Shown here: piece after piece, positions 22,524-33,506 of the stretch | Position numbering within the stretch: position 1 is the stretch's first letter | How the letters are laid out: the number at the start of each line of letters is the position of its first letter | Source of the DNA: Waterburya sp. | GTDB lineage: Bacteria > Cyanobacteriota > Cyanobacteriia > Cyanobacteriales > Xenococcaceae | Length of the DNA: 64,000 nucleotides | Reading direction: 5' to 3' | Assembly: GCA_965217895.1 (NCBI GenBank) | Contig: CBDCJV010000002.1 | Location: forward strand, 3,808,001-3,872,000 | The notes under the pieces: model-generated | The model's database searches: none | Told to the model about the DNA's origin: nothing | The model's input: the letters and a program-made list of their open reading frames with translations, nothing else | Made by a program: the position numbers and the translations under genes

Positions 22524-23987
22524 CTAATTTATCGGTAGCTCAACTAAAATATTTGTGCCTTTATTTAGCTGACTGTTGATGGTTATTGAGCCTTGGCATA
22601 ACTCTACAGCTTTTTTGACTATAGATAAGCCCAAGCCAGTGCCAGGAGTGCTGTTTACGTTGCTGGCACGATAAAAAGATTCAAACAGGTGTTTTTGTGA
22701 TTTTTTCGGAATACCAATACCGCGGTCGCGTACTTCGATAGTAATTATTTCAGGTTTATTTGACTTGGATATAGTTAGATCTACGGGTTTTCCCGTGGGG
22801 GAGTATTTCAGGGCATTAGATAATAAATTGTTGAGAATATGTCGTAGAGTAGCCTGATCTAAATTAACAGAATCAGAGGATAGTAAATAATTAAAATTAA
22901 CTTTTTTATCTTCATAAATAGAAGTTAATTCTTGAACTATTTGCCAACAGAAGTTTCTTAAATTAATTAGCTCTGGCTTGAGCTTTTGTTTGCCTGATTC
23001 TGCTTTACTTAAAACTAAAATATCTTCAAGTAAAGAATTCATATTCAAAGCTGCATCTTGAATAGATTTTAAATAAAATTCACTTTCTGGCTGGCTTAGA
23101 CTATTATTACCGCTTAAATTTTGCACACAGAGTAAAATACTACTCAAGGGATTACGAAATTCGTGAGAAGCCATAGAAATAAAGCCAGACTTTAGCTGTC
23201 TTAATTCTTTTTCTCTTGCCAAAGATTTGCGGATTTTTGCTTCTGCTTTTTTTCTGGCTGTAACATCTCTACCTATATACACACAGTTAAAAAAGTCTTT
23301 AATTTCTGTAGGAGCAATAAAGCAGTCAAATTCTATCTGAATTGTCCTATTTTGTTCAGTTTTAAAATTAACTTCAATCTTACGGACAGAATCGGGAGAA
23401 GATAGTAGAAAATAATATATTTGTTGATGATTAAAGCTGGGATCTCGAATAATATCGTCTACCAACTGCTCGAGCAATGCTGATTTTTTTTGACCAAATA
23501 ATTCTGTGGTTGATTTATTAACTCGCTCTATTCTACCTGCGGGAGTTGTAATCAGTAATACGTCTTTCATAGACGTGATAATTTTATTGGTGCAGTATTC
23601 AAATCTTTGAAGCCTGTTCAAAGCAATTTCCGCTTCATTTAGCTTTTGGATTGAATATTGCCTTAGGGTCATTAACTCAGTAACGTCCTCTAGCAAAATA
23701 ACTAGATGCTGTTCAATTAAATTAAAATATAAATCGAAGTATACGGCGTTGTCTTCTGTTTTAGTACGACTGACGCTCTTGATAGCAAAGCTTTGTTGTC
23801 GTTGTAACAGTATTTCTTGACAAACAGACTCCAAACCAACCACTTCAGGAAAACTGTTCCTGATGTCTTCACCTGTGCTGATAGTTTTGTCAGCATATTT
23901 TTGAATATTGGCTGAAAACTCAATAACGCTAAAATTATTGTCAACTACTACATACTCTTGGTTGTCGATAACTGGTATTGAATCCAC
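22524..23987 (-). CDS. PAS-domain sensor histidine kinase
   Basis: ASHEFRNPL H-box, NLLSNALKY, DRGIGI and GTGLGL motifs. Confidence 0.92.
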   Translation of the reverse strand: MDSIPVIDNQEYVVVDNNFSVIEFSANIQKYADKTISTGEDIRNSFPEVVGLESVCQEILLQRQQSFAIKSVSRTKTEDNAVYFDLYFNLIEQHLVILLEDVTELMTLRQYSIQKLNEAEIALNRLQRFEYCTNKIITSMKDVLLITTPAGRIERVNKSTTELFGQKKSALLEQLVDDIIRDPSFNHQQIYYFLLSSPDSVRKIEVNFKTEQNRTIQIEFDCFIAPTEIKDFFNCVYIGRDVTARKKAEAKIRKSLAREKELRQLKSGFISMASHEFRNPLSSILLCVQNLSGNNSLSQPESEFYLKSIQDAALNMNSLLEDILVLSKAESGKQKLKPELINLRNFCWQIVQELTSIYEDKKVNFNYLLSSDSVNLDQATLRHILNNLLSNALKYSPTGKPVDLTISKSNKPEIITIEVRDRGIGIPKKSQKHLFESFYRASNVNSTPGTGLGLSIVKKAVELCQGSITINSQLNKGTNILVELPIN

Positions 23988-24070
23988 GATTTAAATACTG
24001 TTAGTTTTAATTTGTACATCGGTTAGATACTCTGAACAAATTAGATACCCGTAGCAAAATCCACGCCCAC

Positions 24071-24125
24071 AAAAAAAGCAAAGCGATCGCATCTGTTATC
24101 TTACCCCAGAGCGATCGCTTTGCTT
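24071..24125 (-). terminator. Probable intrinsic terminator downstream of rpsU, stem built from two HIP1 sites
   Basis: AAGCAAAGCGATCGC...GCGATCGCTTTGCTT inverted repeat; A-run on + strand gives a U-tract on the - strand. Confidence 0.55.
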
Positions 24126-24255
24126 AAATATGATGATACCGTCTTGCTAGCTATGTTACTGATTACATATTTATTTCCCATCTATCTGCTGATGCACAAG
24201 ATGAACTAGATTTATATTATGCGTAACGAGAGGGAGAGCAATACTATGAGCCAAT

Positions 24256-24432
24256 TTAACGGTAACGTTTTTTGCGACGGGCAATTGCTTTGCGTTTGCG
24301 CTTCTCAATTGGTGTTTCGTAGTGACGACGACGTTTGATGTCGGCGAAGATACCTGCTTTTGATACTTGACGTTTAAACCGACGCAGTGCAGATTCTATA
24401 TTTTCGTTTTGTCCAACAACCACTTGGGTCAT
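24256..24432 (-). CDS. rpsU: 30S ribosomal protein S21 (not in the ORF track; 58 aa)
   Basis: Manual translation [66 protein letters not shown] upstream. Confidence 0.95.
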   Translation of the reverse strand: MTQVVVGQNENIESALRRFKRQVSKAGIFADIKRRRHYETPIEKRKRKAIARRKKRYR

Positions 24433-24787
24433 TAAAAATCATCCTCCAAATTTGCTTACGATAATCGTGAATATTACCATGCTGTAAAAGTGATGCGCTT
24501 ACGGATTAAACAACCCGCCTTGGGACATAATCTAAAACAAACCTCTAAATTATATCTTTATAAAACTCACCAAATCAAAGCTAGCGTTCACTTTGTTAAT
24601 ATTTTGTTTATTGTCTAGTAGCTTAATTGCCGTTGAGCTTTTAATTATAGCTTTGAAGCAGAAAGCCTATCTAGTGCTAAACATGAGACTCTAATTATAA
24701 CTATTTTAGTATTTTCAGCATTACTAAAATAGTATATATCAATAACCTAATTCTATTTGGAGCAATAGCAAAGAAAATCTAAATCTA

Positions 24788-25390
24788 TCACAAATTCAGT
24801 TCTTTGGAAAAATTTTGACATTTGTTAAAGTGATATGCACCCATTAGTGCGCCCCAAGTTCCTTTCCCTGTCTCAGGGTCAATTCCTTTATCAAAGGTTT
24901 TTAATTCGTTTGCTGTGGCTTTGAATCCTAAAAAAACTTGAAAAGTCGTACCTTGGTAAGTAACGCTACAGGGTGTATCTACCAGAGGAGTAGTTTCAAA
25001 ACAGTATTGGTCGTCAACAAGCTTTGTGGTCGCTACTTGAAGGGTACAGTTAGGCAAAAATTCAATTTTCTCTGGTGTTATTTGTTGAATCAAATCCTTA
25101 TTTTGTCCTGCGCCCTGAGCCGTAGTAATATCTTTGAACATATAAAATTCTACTTCTATAGTTTCTCTTTGCCTAAGTCGCATAATCCTTGGTCTGTAAG
25201 GCTGATCTAGCTTTAAAATATTGGCTTGTTCGGCAAATAAAGTAATGCTGTCTGCTGTAAAAATCGGCACTGGGCGTATCCAAAGCCGCAAATTAACATA
25301 CCAGGCTGGTTGTTCTAAAGCCTGTTGTTGATTGGCAAATTCTCCAGCTAAATAAGTGGCTAAAGTAGTTAATTGAGTCGAGAAATTCAT
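24788..25390 (-). CDS. cpcT: CpcT/CpeT family phycobilin lyase
   Basis: F.NQQQA..P, PYRPR and DKGIDPETGKGTWG motifs. Confidence 0.85.
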   Translation of the reverse strand: MNFSTQLTTLATYLAGEFANQQQALEQPAWYVNLRLWIRPVPIFTADSITLFAEQANILKLDQPYRPRIMRLRQRETIEVEFYMFKDITTAQGAGQNKDLIQQITPEKIEFLPNCTLQVATTKLVDDQYCFETTPLVDTPCSVTYQGTTFQVFLGFKATANELKTFDKGIDPETGKGTWGALMGAYHFNKCQNFSKELNL

Positions 25391-25450
25391 TGAGGATAAC
25401 TATTAATCGGGCTTAAAGTTGATTTATCAGCAACTTAAATTAATAATCTC

Positions 25451-26314
25451 ATGGAAGATAGATCTTTTACCCCTCGATCTACCGAGGATGGTTCATATAC
25501 TTTTTTTTCAGAAGAGTTTCAAGAAACTTTTCATTCGTCTTTTGGCGCCAAACAAGAAGCTGAAGTAAGATATGTCAAACCATGTTTAATTAAGCAATTG
25601 GCAGCACAACAGTCTACTATCCGCCTTTTGGATATTTGTTATGGTCTTGGCTATAATAGTGCTGCTGCTTTAGAGGCAATTTGGTCGGTCAACCCCAAAT
25701 GTAGAGTAGAATTGATGGCACTAGAAATATCAGCAGATGTTCCTCGTCAAGCTATAAAATACAATCTTTTATCACAGTGGCAACCTGCTATCCGCCAGCG
25801 ATTAAGACAACTATTTGATAAATCTTTAATTGAAGATGATTTATTAGAAGCAAGGCTAATCTGGGGTGATGCAAGAAAAACGATAAAAGCGATCGCCGTC
25901 AAAAACTGGCAGGCTGACGCGATTTTTCTAGATCCTTTTTCTCCACCAAAATGTCCTCAACTATGGACTGTAGAGTTTATTAGTTTGGTGGCTAAGTGTC
26001 TCCATCAGCAAGGAAGACTGGCAACTTACTCTTGCTCTGCTGCCGTTCGCACAGCGTTTTTGTCAGCTAATCTAGACATTGCGCCCATAACTGGTGCTGG
26101 TCGTAAGTCTCCAGGTACTTTAGCTGTTCATAAGTATAAAAAGATACCAACACTTTCTCAACAAGAGCAAGAACATCTTAAGACTCGTGCGGCGATTCCT
26201 TATCGAGATCCAAATTTAGAAGACAACGCCGATCTAATAATTGCTAGACGGCAACAAGAGCAGCAAAGCAGTAATTTTGAACCTACCTCTCAGTGGAGAA
26301 AGCGTTGGCTGTAG
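25451..26314 (+). CDS. MnmC/MnmD-like tRNA methyltransferase domain protein
   Basis: TEDGSYT, FHS, DICYGLGYN and FLDPFSPPKCPQLW motifs. Confidence 0.85.
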   Translation: MEDRSFTPRSTEDGSYTFFSEEFQETFHSSFGAKQEAEVRYVKPCLIKQLAAQQSTIRLLDICYGLGYNSAAALEAIWSVNPKCRVELMALEISADVPRQAIKYNLLSQWQPAIRQRLRQLFDKSLIEDDLLEARLIWGDARKTIKAIAVKNWQADAIFLDPFSPPKCPQLWTVEFISLVAKCLHQQGRLATYSCSAAVRTAFLSANLDIAPITGAGRKSPGTLAVHKYKKIPTLSQQEQEHLKTRAAIPYRDPNLEDNADLIIARRQQEQQSSNFEPTSQWRKRWL

Positions 26315-26611
26315 TTAAATATTTAGCTTATGGTTAACCGTAAATTTATTTAAAGACAATTTTTTCTCTAGCTTGCGGGGTTTGGTTTCCTCGTAAACTC
26401 CGTATTATGCCCGATCTCAAACAGTAAATTACTATTCATAATAGTATTATTGGCAATTTAAAAAACTTTGTATCAATTTTGTCTTCAAATTAAAAGATCC
26501 GAGCTAGGCTTAGAGCAATAGTCAGCTATGATTAATATTTTTTGTACCAAAGCTTAGAAGTTGAATGCAATGGTTTGTTGAGTATCTGGAATTTTTTTTT
26601 AGCAAAAAGTA

Positions 26612-27637
26612 ATGAAAAAAGTTAGTGATTTTCCCTTGGTGACAATCAATAGCAATAGTTATGAAGTGAACAATAATCCTCGTTTTATCTCTGCCAAAAT
26701 TCTTGTTGTTGATGAAAATCCTCTAAGTCGGATGACGGCAGTCGATCTTTTGTCATTAGACGGATATGAAGTGATTGAAGCCGATGACATAGCTTCAATT
26801 TTTGAACACATTAATCAGCAAAAGCCAGATCTAATCTTGCTAGACTTAATGATGCGACAGATAGACAGCTTTTCTTTGTGTCGTCAAATAAAAGCAGATT
26901 ATCGTACTGCCAATACACCCGTCGTTTTGACAACTTTAACTGATAATCGAGAAAATCGAATTAAGGTTATGGAAGCGGGGGGAGATGATGTTTTGGTTAA
27001 ACCTCTCAATCGGATTGAATTATCTACAAGAGTTAAATCTTTAGTTGGTCAAAAAACTGCCAATCAAGAATTAGATCAAACTGAACAGGTTTTATTTACC
27101 ATTGCCAAGGCAGTAGATAATCGCTCAGTTAGTCGCGGTGGTAGAGATCGCGTGGTAACTTTAGTTGATTCATTTGGTGAGTATCTTGGTTTAAATGACG
27201 AAGATATAGAAAATCTAGCTTTTGCGGCACATATACACGATATTGGGACGATCGCCATTCCTGATGCGATCATGCTCAAAGCTGGAGAACTAACCTTCAA
27301 GGAAAAAGAGTTAATCACTCAACACGTTCTATTTGGTGAAGAAATTTGTCAGCCATTACGCAACCGTAGTGGAGTTTTACCTATTATTCGTCATCATCAT
27401 GAACGCTGGGATGGAACAGGATATCCTGATGGTTTATCAGGGGCAAAAATTCCTTATTTGGCACAAATATTCCAGATTATTGATATTTATGATGCCCTGA
27501 CGAGCGATCGCCCACACAAAAAAGCCTATAGCCCTGCTGAAGCTTTAGAAATTATTGTCGAAGAAACTAACAAAGGATGGCGTAATCCCAATCTGATTGC
27601 CGAATTTACTACCTTTATTCGCTCTCAAGAACAATAG
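26612..27637 (+). CDS. REC-HD-GYP cyclic di-GMP phosphodiesterase-like regulator
   Basis: Receiver domain; HDIG and HHHERWDGTGYPDGL motifs. Confidence 0.9.
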   Translation: MKKVSDFPLVTINSNSYEVNNNPRFISAKILVVDENPLSRMTAVDLLSLDGYEVIEADDIASIFEHINQQKPDLILLDLMMRQIDSFSLCRQIKADYRTANTPVVLTTLTDNRENRIKVMEAGGDDVLVKPLNRIELSTRVKSLVGQKTANQELDQTEQVLFTIAKAVDNRSVSRGGRDRVVTLVDSFGEYLGLNDEDIENLAFAAHIHDIGTIAIPDAIMLKAGELTFKEKELITQHVLFGEEICQPLRNRSGVLPIIRHHHERWDGTGYPDGLSGAKIPYLAQIFQIIDIYDALTSDRPHKKAYSPAEALEIIVEETNKGWRNPNLIAEFTTFIRSQEQ

Positions 27638-27664
27638 ATAAATTTTTGATTTTTTAATCTTTAT

Positions 27665-27692
27665 ACCTGCTGAACATTTAAGCAGGTTTTTT
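27665..27692 (+). terminator. Intrinsic terminator
   Basis: ACCTGCT...AGCAGGT stem followed by a T-run, just after the stop codon. Confidence 0.6.
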
Positions 27693-27785
27693 AGTATTTA
27701 TAGTGACAAAATTTTCATAAACGATACCTGATGACAGATAATAATATGCGGGGACTACGATCAAACACAAAATTACCAATCAGCT

Positions 27786-28766
27786 ATGGTCAAAACTAAG
27801 AAAAAAACTTTTTTACTAGATTTTGAGAAGCCTCTTTGCGAATTAGAGTCGAGAATTGAGCAAATTAAAACTCTAGCTGCAGAAAACCAGGTAGATGTTG
27901 CCACCGAAATAACTCAATTAGAAATTAGGGCAGAACAACTGCGCCAGGAAATTTTTAGTACTCTAACTCCAGCCCAAAGGCTTCAGCTAGCTCGTCATCC
28001 TCGTCGCCCTAGTACCCTAGATTATGTTCAGGCAATCACCGATGAGTGGATGGAGCTGCATGGCGATCGCGGGGGCTATGACGATCCAGCTTTGGTAGGC
28101 GGAGTTGCCCGCATAGATGGTCGTCCAGTAGTGATTTTGGGACACCAAAAAGGTAGAGATACTAAAGACAATGTAGCCCGTAATTTTGGCATGGCTTTTC
28201 CTGGTGGCTATCGCAAAGCAATACGCTTGATGGATCACGCCAACAAGTTTGGAATGCCTATTTTAACCTTTATTGATACCCCTGGAGCTTGGTCAGGAGT
28301 AGAAGCCGAAAAGCTCGGTCAAGGTGAAGCGATCGCCTATAATCTCAGACAAATGTTTGGTTTTGATGTCCCTATCATCTGTACCGTAATTGGCGAAGGA
28401 GGTTCGGGTGGTGCATTGGGTATTGGCGTAGCCGATCGTCTATTGATGTTAGAACACTCGGTTTACACCGTTGCCAGTCCCGAAGCCTGTGCTGCAATTC
28501 TCTGGAAAGATGCCAAAAAATCAGACAAGGCAGCAGCAGCACTTAAGATTACTTCTTCAGACTTAAAAGAGTTAGGAATTATCGATCAAATTGTTCCTGA
28601 ACCCAGCAGTGGAGCCCACGCCAATCCTGTAGAAGCAGCAGCCAAGTTAAAAGAGACTATTTGGTTAAATCTAGAGCAACTTTGGCAGATGACGCCTCAA
28701 CAGCGAAAAAATCTGCGCTACGATAAATTCCGCAACATAGGTCGGTTTGAGACGGCTGTAGTTTAA
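27786..28766 (+). CDS. accA: Acetyl-CoA carboxylase carboxyltransferase alpha subunit
   Basis: ARHPRRP, ELHGDR and GEGGSGGA motifs. Confidence 0.97.
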   Translation: MVKTKKKTFLLDFEKPLCELESRIEQIKTLAAENQVDVATEITQLEIRAEQLRQEIFSTLTPAQRLQLARHPRRPSTLDYVQAITDEWMELHGDRGGYDDPALVGGVARIDGRPVVILGHQKGRDTKDNVARNFGMAFPGGYRKAIRLMDHANKFGMPILTFIDTPGAWSGVEAEKLGQGEAIAYNLRQMFGFDVPIICTVIGEGGSGGALGIGVADRLLMLEHSVYTVASPEACAAILWKDAKKSDKAAAALKITSSDLKELGIIDQIVPEPSSGAHANPVEAAAKLKETIWLNLEQLWQMTPQQRKNLRYDKFRNIGRFETAVV

Positions 28767-29064
28767 TTTTGTCGGGTTAGTTATTGCGCTCAAACTTATG
28801 AATTACAAAATTTATCGCTTTTGGGGATTGAATATCTCCCGTTTTGTTTTCTGGTAATTGAGCGACTGCATATAAAGTTTGTCCGTAATGCGATCGCTTT
28901 AGATTAATTCTTCAAAAAATTTGGCTAAAGAAATTAGCCTCTATCTGTAGCCGTCTTTTCAAGAATTGGTATTACACTCTGATTTTTGCTAATTAGGTTG
29001 GGTGAGCGATCAAACTCTAATCCCAACCTGCGCCAGCAGTTAACTTTTGTTTGACAAACAGTCT

Positions 29065-29586
29065 CTAAAACTTAGTCATCGTTTTTGCGCTTAATCTCAC
29101 CCAATGAGTGATATCGTCTTTAGTAATTTTTTCTTTGTGATTTTCTTCTATTTGAAATTCATGTTGAAATTCATGATTGTCTTTTGAGTGTGTAATTAAT
29201 TGCGATGGAAATAAGTTTTGGATGAAAAAATTGACTGTATTAGGCTTGATTAAACCCTGTTGAATAGCAGTATCTCCAAAACGAAGCGAAAGTTTATTTT
29301 GTTCAATTAAAATGACTTTGATTTCTTCTTCACTTAATAATCCTGCCTTTTGAAAATAAAAGCCAATGGGATGTTCTATTCGTCTATTAACTAGCTTGAA
29401 CCATTCTTGCACAAAGAAATCAGCAGTATCCTGTTTAATCCAACCTCTTAAAGCCAATATTTCCCCCAGGCGCATATCTTCATAGTATGTCTGATCTCGA
29501 AGAGCTACTTCTAACTGTGGAGTAGTAATCAAACCTGCTTCTTGTAAGATTTCCCCTATGGGTTTAAACGTAATAAATTTAGACAT
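29065..29586 (-). CDS. Hypothetical protein made of MshEN-like repeats
   Basis: PIGEILQEAGLI, RLGEILALRGWI, PIGFYFQKAGLL and RFGDTAIQQGLI segments. Confidence 0.65.
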   Translation of the reverse strand: MSKFITFKPIGEILQEAGLITTPQLEVALRDQTYYEDMRLGEILALRGWIKQDTADFFVQEWFKLVNRRIEHPIGFYFQKAGLLSEEEIKVILIEQNKLSLRFGDTAIQQGLIKPNTVNFFIQNLFPSQLITHSKDNHEFQHEFQIEENHKEKITKDDITHWVRLSAKTMTKF

Positions 29587-29738
29587 AGCAAGTATCAGAA
29601 AAATTAAACAAATATATTAATTGGTATTTGGTTTGCCGATCGCCATCTTGCTGGCTCAGAATTGTTAGCTAGGAAAAATTGTCTTAAACAAAATTGTTTG
29701 TCTCAATAAAACCCATTAGCTTCAATTGGAATCATCAG

Positions 29739-30590
29739 CTATTTATTTAAATACACAGCATGATGCTGCATATGATCCTTTATAAACGTACTAATCGTAA
29801 AATAGCTGTGATCGTATCCCGTTTGCCAGCGTAAATTTAAATCTTGTCCCACTTGTTGACAGGCTTGTTGAAAATTTTCTGGTAATAACTGTTTTTGCTC
29901 ATAAAATTGATCGGCAGTACCCTGATCGATTAGGATCGTCGAATTTAACTGGGTGTGCTTAATCAATTCGGTGGCATCGTATTCTGCCCACTTTTGGCGA
30001 TCGCTTCCTAAATATGCCGTAAAGATTTTATCCCCCCAGGGACAGTTACTCGGTGCTAATATGGGTGCGAAAGCGGATACTGATTGGTATTGTTGGGGAT
30101 TTTTTAAGGCGCAAATCAATGCACCATGTCCTCCCATAGAATGTCCAAAAATACTTTGTTTTTCTGGTTCAACTGAAAAGTTATCCACAATCAACTGTGG
30201 CAACTCTTGGGTAATATAGCTATACATCTGGTAATGTTTACTCCAGGGCTTCTGCGTCGCATTTATGTAAAACCCTGCACCACTACCCAAATCCCACGTC
30301 TCGTCTTCTCCAGGTATGCCTGTATTGCGGGGGCTAGTATCGGGTGCAACCAACATAATTCCCAACTCAGCAGCATAACGTTGTGCGCCAGCTTTGGTAA
30401 TAAAATTTTCTTCGTTGCAGGTTAAACCTGAAAGGTAATAGAGAATTGGGACTGGTTGAGATTGTGCCAGAGGAGGAAGATAAACTGCAAAATTCAGATC
30501 GCAGTTACAGGAGTCTGAATGATGAGTATAGTAAGCAACTGTACCATCAAAACAGCGATATTCGGATTTTAGACTCAAGGAATTAGACAT
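29739..30590 (-). CDS. frmB: S-formylglutathione hydrolase
   Basis: LSGLTC, GHSMGG and GYDHSY motifs. Confidence 0.93.
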   Translation of the reverse strand: MSNSLSLKSEYRCFDGTVAYYTHHSDSCNCDLNFAVYLPPLAQSQPVPILYYLSGLTCNEENFITKAGAQRYAAELGIMLVAPDTSPRNTGIPGEDETWDLGSGAGFYINATQKPWSKHYQMYSYITQELPQLIVDNFSVEPEKQSIFGHSMGGHGALICALKNPQQYQSVSAFAPILAPSNCPWGDKIFTAYLGSDRQKWAEYDATELIKHTQLNSTILIDQGTADQFYEQKQLLPENFQQACQQVGQDLNLRWQTGYDHSYFTISTFIKDHMQHHAVYLNK

Positions 30591-30708
30591 AGTGCAGTAA
30601 TAAAATACGTATAATGTGAATTAAAAATGCTTAATCTAGTTTTATATAGGTAGTTGGTCTTTGAAAACCATGTTTATTCCTGGGGGAACTTTCCACTACT
30701 ACCCCAAT

Positions 30709-30902
30709 CTCGCGCATTCCCAAGCCAGTCCGTTGCGGGTCTATGACCCGTTGAAGGAACTGGCGTTTGCGCCTGACGGCGACGCGGTGAGACAAGTTGC
30801 GGTGGTGAGACACTTGCGTTGCGGGTCTATGACCCGTTGAGCAAAGTGTCGAAAGGTTTCACCGGCATAAGCAAACTGTCGAACCCTTTAGGGGGTCGCT
30901 CG
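30709..30902. repeat. Family A-related repeat carrying three family B insertions, one nested inside another
   Basis: Removing 30722-30766 and 30788-30893 regenerates the 43-nt unit at 46722-46764. Confidence 0.85.
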
Positions 30903-31184
30903 CCTGCTTGGGGACGTAACGACCCTCCCCAGACCCCTTCCGTATAAGAGTATAGCTACAATATTTGTTTTACTAACTAATTTATTGCCCATTTATTGCC
31001 CTAAATTCAAAGCTTTTTACTGATTAATATTAGTAAACCTGATTCACATCAGACGTAAAATAACAATTTAGTACCATTATGCGGAGATCAGAGGTCAAAA
31101 TATCTAATTGATAAGGCTTCTAAGATCTACTAATGGTGAATTTATCTACGCCAACGTTTACTAAGTAGGTCGGGACGATTAAAG

Positions 31185-31973
31185 TTAACTGTGACGGCGG
31201 GTAAAGACTAGATTCTTCTGATTAGATAGTTCATCGTTATAACTATAGCCAGCTTCGCTGAAATTTTTTAGATCTTGGATATTTTGTAATTTATTTTTGA
31301 TAATGTATGCAGCCATCATACCGCGAGCTTTCTTGGCATAAAAACTAATTATTTTGTATTTTCCTTGCTTCCAATCTTTAAATACAGGGGTAATAATATC
31401 TCCTTTTAATAATTTTGGCTTTACTGCTTTGAAATATTCATCTGAAGCTAAATTAACAATAGTTTTATGTTCTAACTGCTCCAATTGCTGATTAATGGCT
31501 AGAGTTAGCTTATCCTGCCAAAATTCATAAAGAGTATTGACTGATAAATTTTTGAGCTTAGAGTGAGTCAATTTTGTACCCATTTCCAAGCGATAAGGTT
31601 GAATCAAATCCAATGGTTTAAGTAGACCATACAACCCAGACAAAATTCTTAAATGTTCTTGAGCAAAGCCAAAATCCTGCTGGTTAAAATTATCAACAGC
31701 CATTCCCCGATAAACATCTCCTTGAAAAGCCAGTAAAGCCTGTTTAGCAGTAGTACGATCGAATGAAGGTTGCCAAGTTTGATAGCGGGATGCGTTTAAC
31801 TCTCCTAACTTATCGCTAATTTTCATCAGCGACGAAATCTCTGGTGCTGATAGCTGACGTAATTGCTTAACCAAAATCTCTGTATCAGCTAAAAAATCTG
31901 GTTGAGAAAAATATTCGACACTTGCAGGAGTTTCAAAATCTAAGGTTTTGGCAGGAGAAATTAAGATCAGCAC
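31185..31973 (-). CDS. yaaA: Peroxide stress protein YaaA
   Basis: LISPAK, ILSGLYG, PYRLEMG, NLASDEY and AKKARG motifs. Confidence 0.93.
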   Translation of the reverse strand: MLILISPAKTLDFETPASVEYFSQPDFLADTEILVKQLRQLSAPEISSLMKISDKLGELNASRYQTWQPSFDRTTAKQALLAFQGDVYRGMAVDNFNQQDFGFAQEHLRILSGLYGLLKPLDLIQPYRLEMGTKLTHSKLKNLSVNTLYEFWQDKLTLAINQQLEQLEHKTIVNLASDEYFKAVKPKLLKGDIITPVFKDWKQGKYKIISFYAKKARGMMAAYIIKNKLQNIQDLKNFSEAGYSYNDELSNQKNLVFTRRHS

Positions 31974-32037
31974 AGGTTGTTAGCGAAGCTTAGAATATGC
32001 TCAGGTAATCAGATATTATTTTAATCTTATTAGACAA

Positions 32038-33424
32038 GTGAACTATATATATACAAATTTAGGTAATCAAGGGAGTAAGCAGTTTACTATTTTTTCAGTG
32101 CCAAAACCTTTTAATGGCTATATTGGAGTTATTCAACGTAATGCGATCGCTAATTATTCTTTTTGGCGATGAACAAGGTACAAAAGAAATATGTGAACAG
32201 TTTAATTTAATTCATATTCCTTATATTAAGCGCAACAGATATGGAACACCCTTGCTAAAAAGCATTTTTGCAGAAGTTCATATTCAAGCACATAATAACA
32301 TTATTGCTTATGTTAATGCAGACATTATCTTAACTGATAATCTTACATTAGGAATTGAGTCCGTCTCCCAAAAATTAAATAATTATTTGCTTATTGGTAG
32401 AAAGTGGAATATCGATCTCGATTGGGAACTAAAATTTAATTCTGATTGGCAAGTTAACCTAGATAAGCTAATTAAAGAAAAGGGTTATCTAGCTGACTAT
32501 GACTGCAAAGATTATTTCGTATTTCCTAAACATTTGTTTGTGGATATTCCAGCTTTTGCACTAGGAAGAGGTTACTGGGATACTTGGATGGTAAGTCAAG
32601 CATTAACAAATGGTCATCCAGTCGTTGATGGAAGTTTGGTAATTAATGCTATCCATCAAAATCATCCTTATACTCATATTCGCGGTGGCAAAAATGAAGC
32701 CTACCTGGGCAAAGAAACTCAGTTAAATAAGTCTTTGGGGAACGTAACTAAACTAGGCAACATTGCTTGTGCAACTTGGCAGCTAAAACCTCAAGAATAT
32801 CAGGACTTACCAACAGTCAGTATTGTGATTATTGCTCATAACCAAAGTAAAACTATAGAAAAAACCTTGTTGAGTATATTAGTTCAGAATTATAATGACT
32901 ACGAAATAATAATTATTGATAACGGTTTGAATAATCAAATGAAATCTATCTTAAAGCCATATAAAAATAAAATTAATTATCATCTATTAAAACAATAAAA
33001 TGCTCCTGCTTATATCAATATATTTAAAATAGCAAAAGGAGAGTTCATTACTTTTTTAGATGCTAGTAGCGTGCTGCTTCCAGGAATTTTACAACAGCAG
33101 ATTAGTTATTTTGAAAAGGAGGCTTCTACTTTAGACGTATTGATCGGTGGTTGGAGAATGATTGAGCAAGAAAAAATTATTGAATATAAACCCTGGGAAA
33201 ATTTTTCAGATATAGAAAACTTACATTTCAAACAGGTAGATTTTATTAAAACATTCTTAGACAACAGCGCGATTATGTTGCGACGTAGAACGTTTGAAAT
33301 TTTAGATAATTTCAGCCAAGAAAAAAAGTCTGACATGATTGAAAATTTATCTAAAATAATTTCTAGTAAAAGATGCAGAATTCTTTGTTTAAAGTTAATA
33401 GCTTTTAATCACTATAAAAACTAA
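32038..33424 (+). pseudogene. Two-domain glycosyltransferase (GT-A/GT2) pseudogene
   Basis: Frame from GTG 32038 reads FTIFSVPKPFNGYIGVIQRNAIA, then shifts near 32150; TAA at 32996-32998 is followed in frame by NAPAYINIFKIAKGEFITFLDASS running into ORF 33071. Confidence 0.75.
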
Positions 33425-33506
33425 TTAAATTAGCAAAAATTGCCAAACATAGTCTGTCGTATAGGACGGAGAAGAAAACTGTAATGAGTGCCTGAAACCC
33501 TTCTGA

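Noticed and set aside
30631..30813. Small ORFs over repeat clusters (also 4872-5072, 17019-17240, 17173-17379, 34709-34927, 42486-42668)
   Set aside because: They are translations of GC-rich palindromic repeats with no protein motifs.
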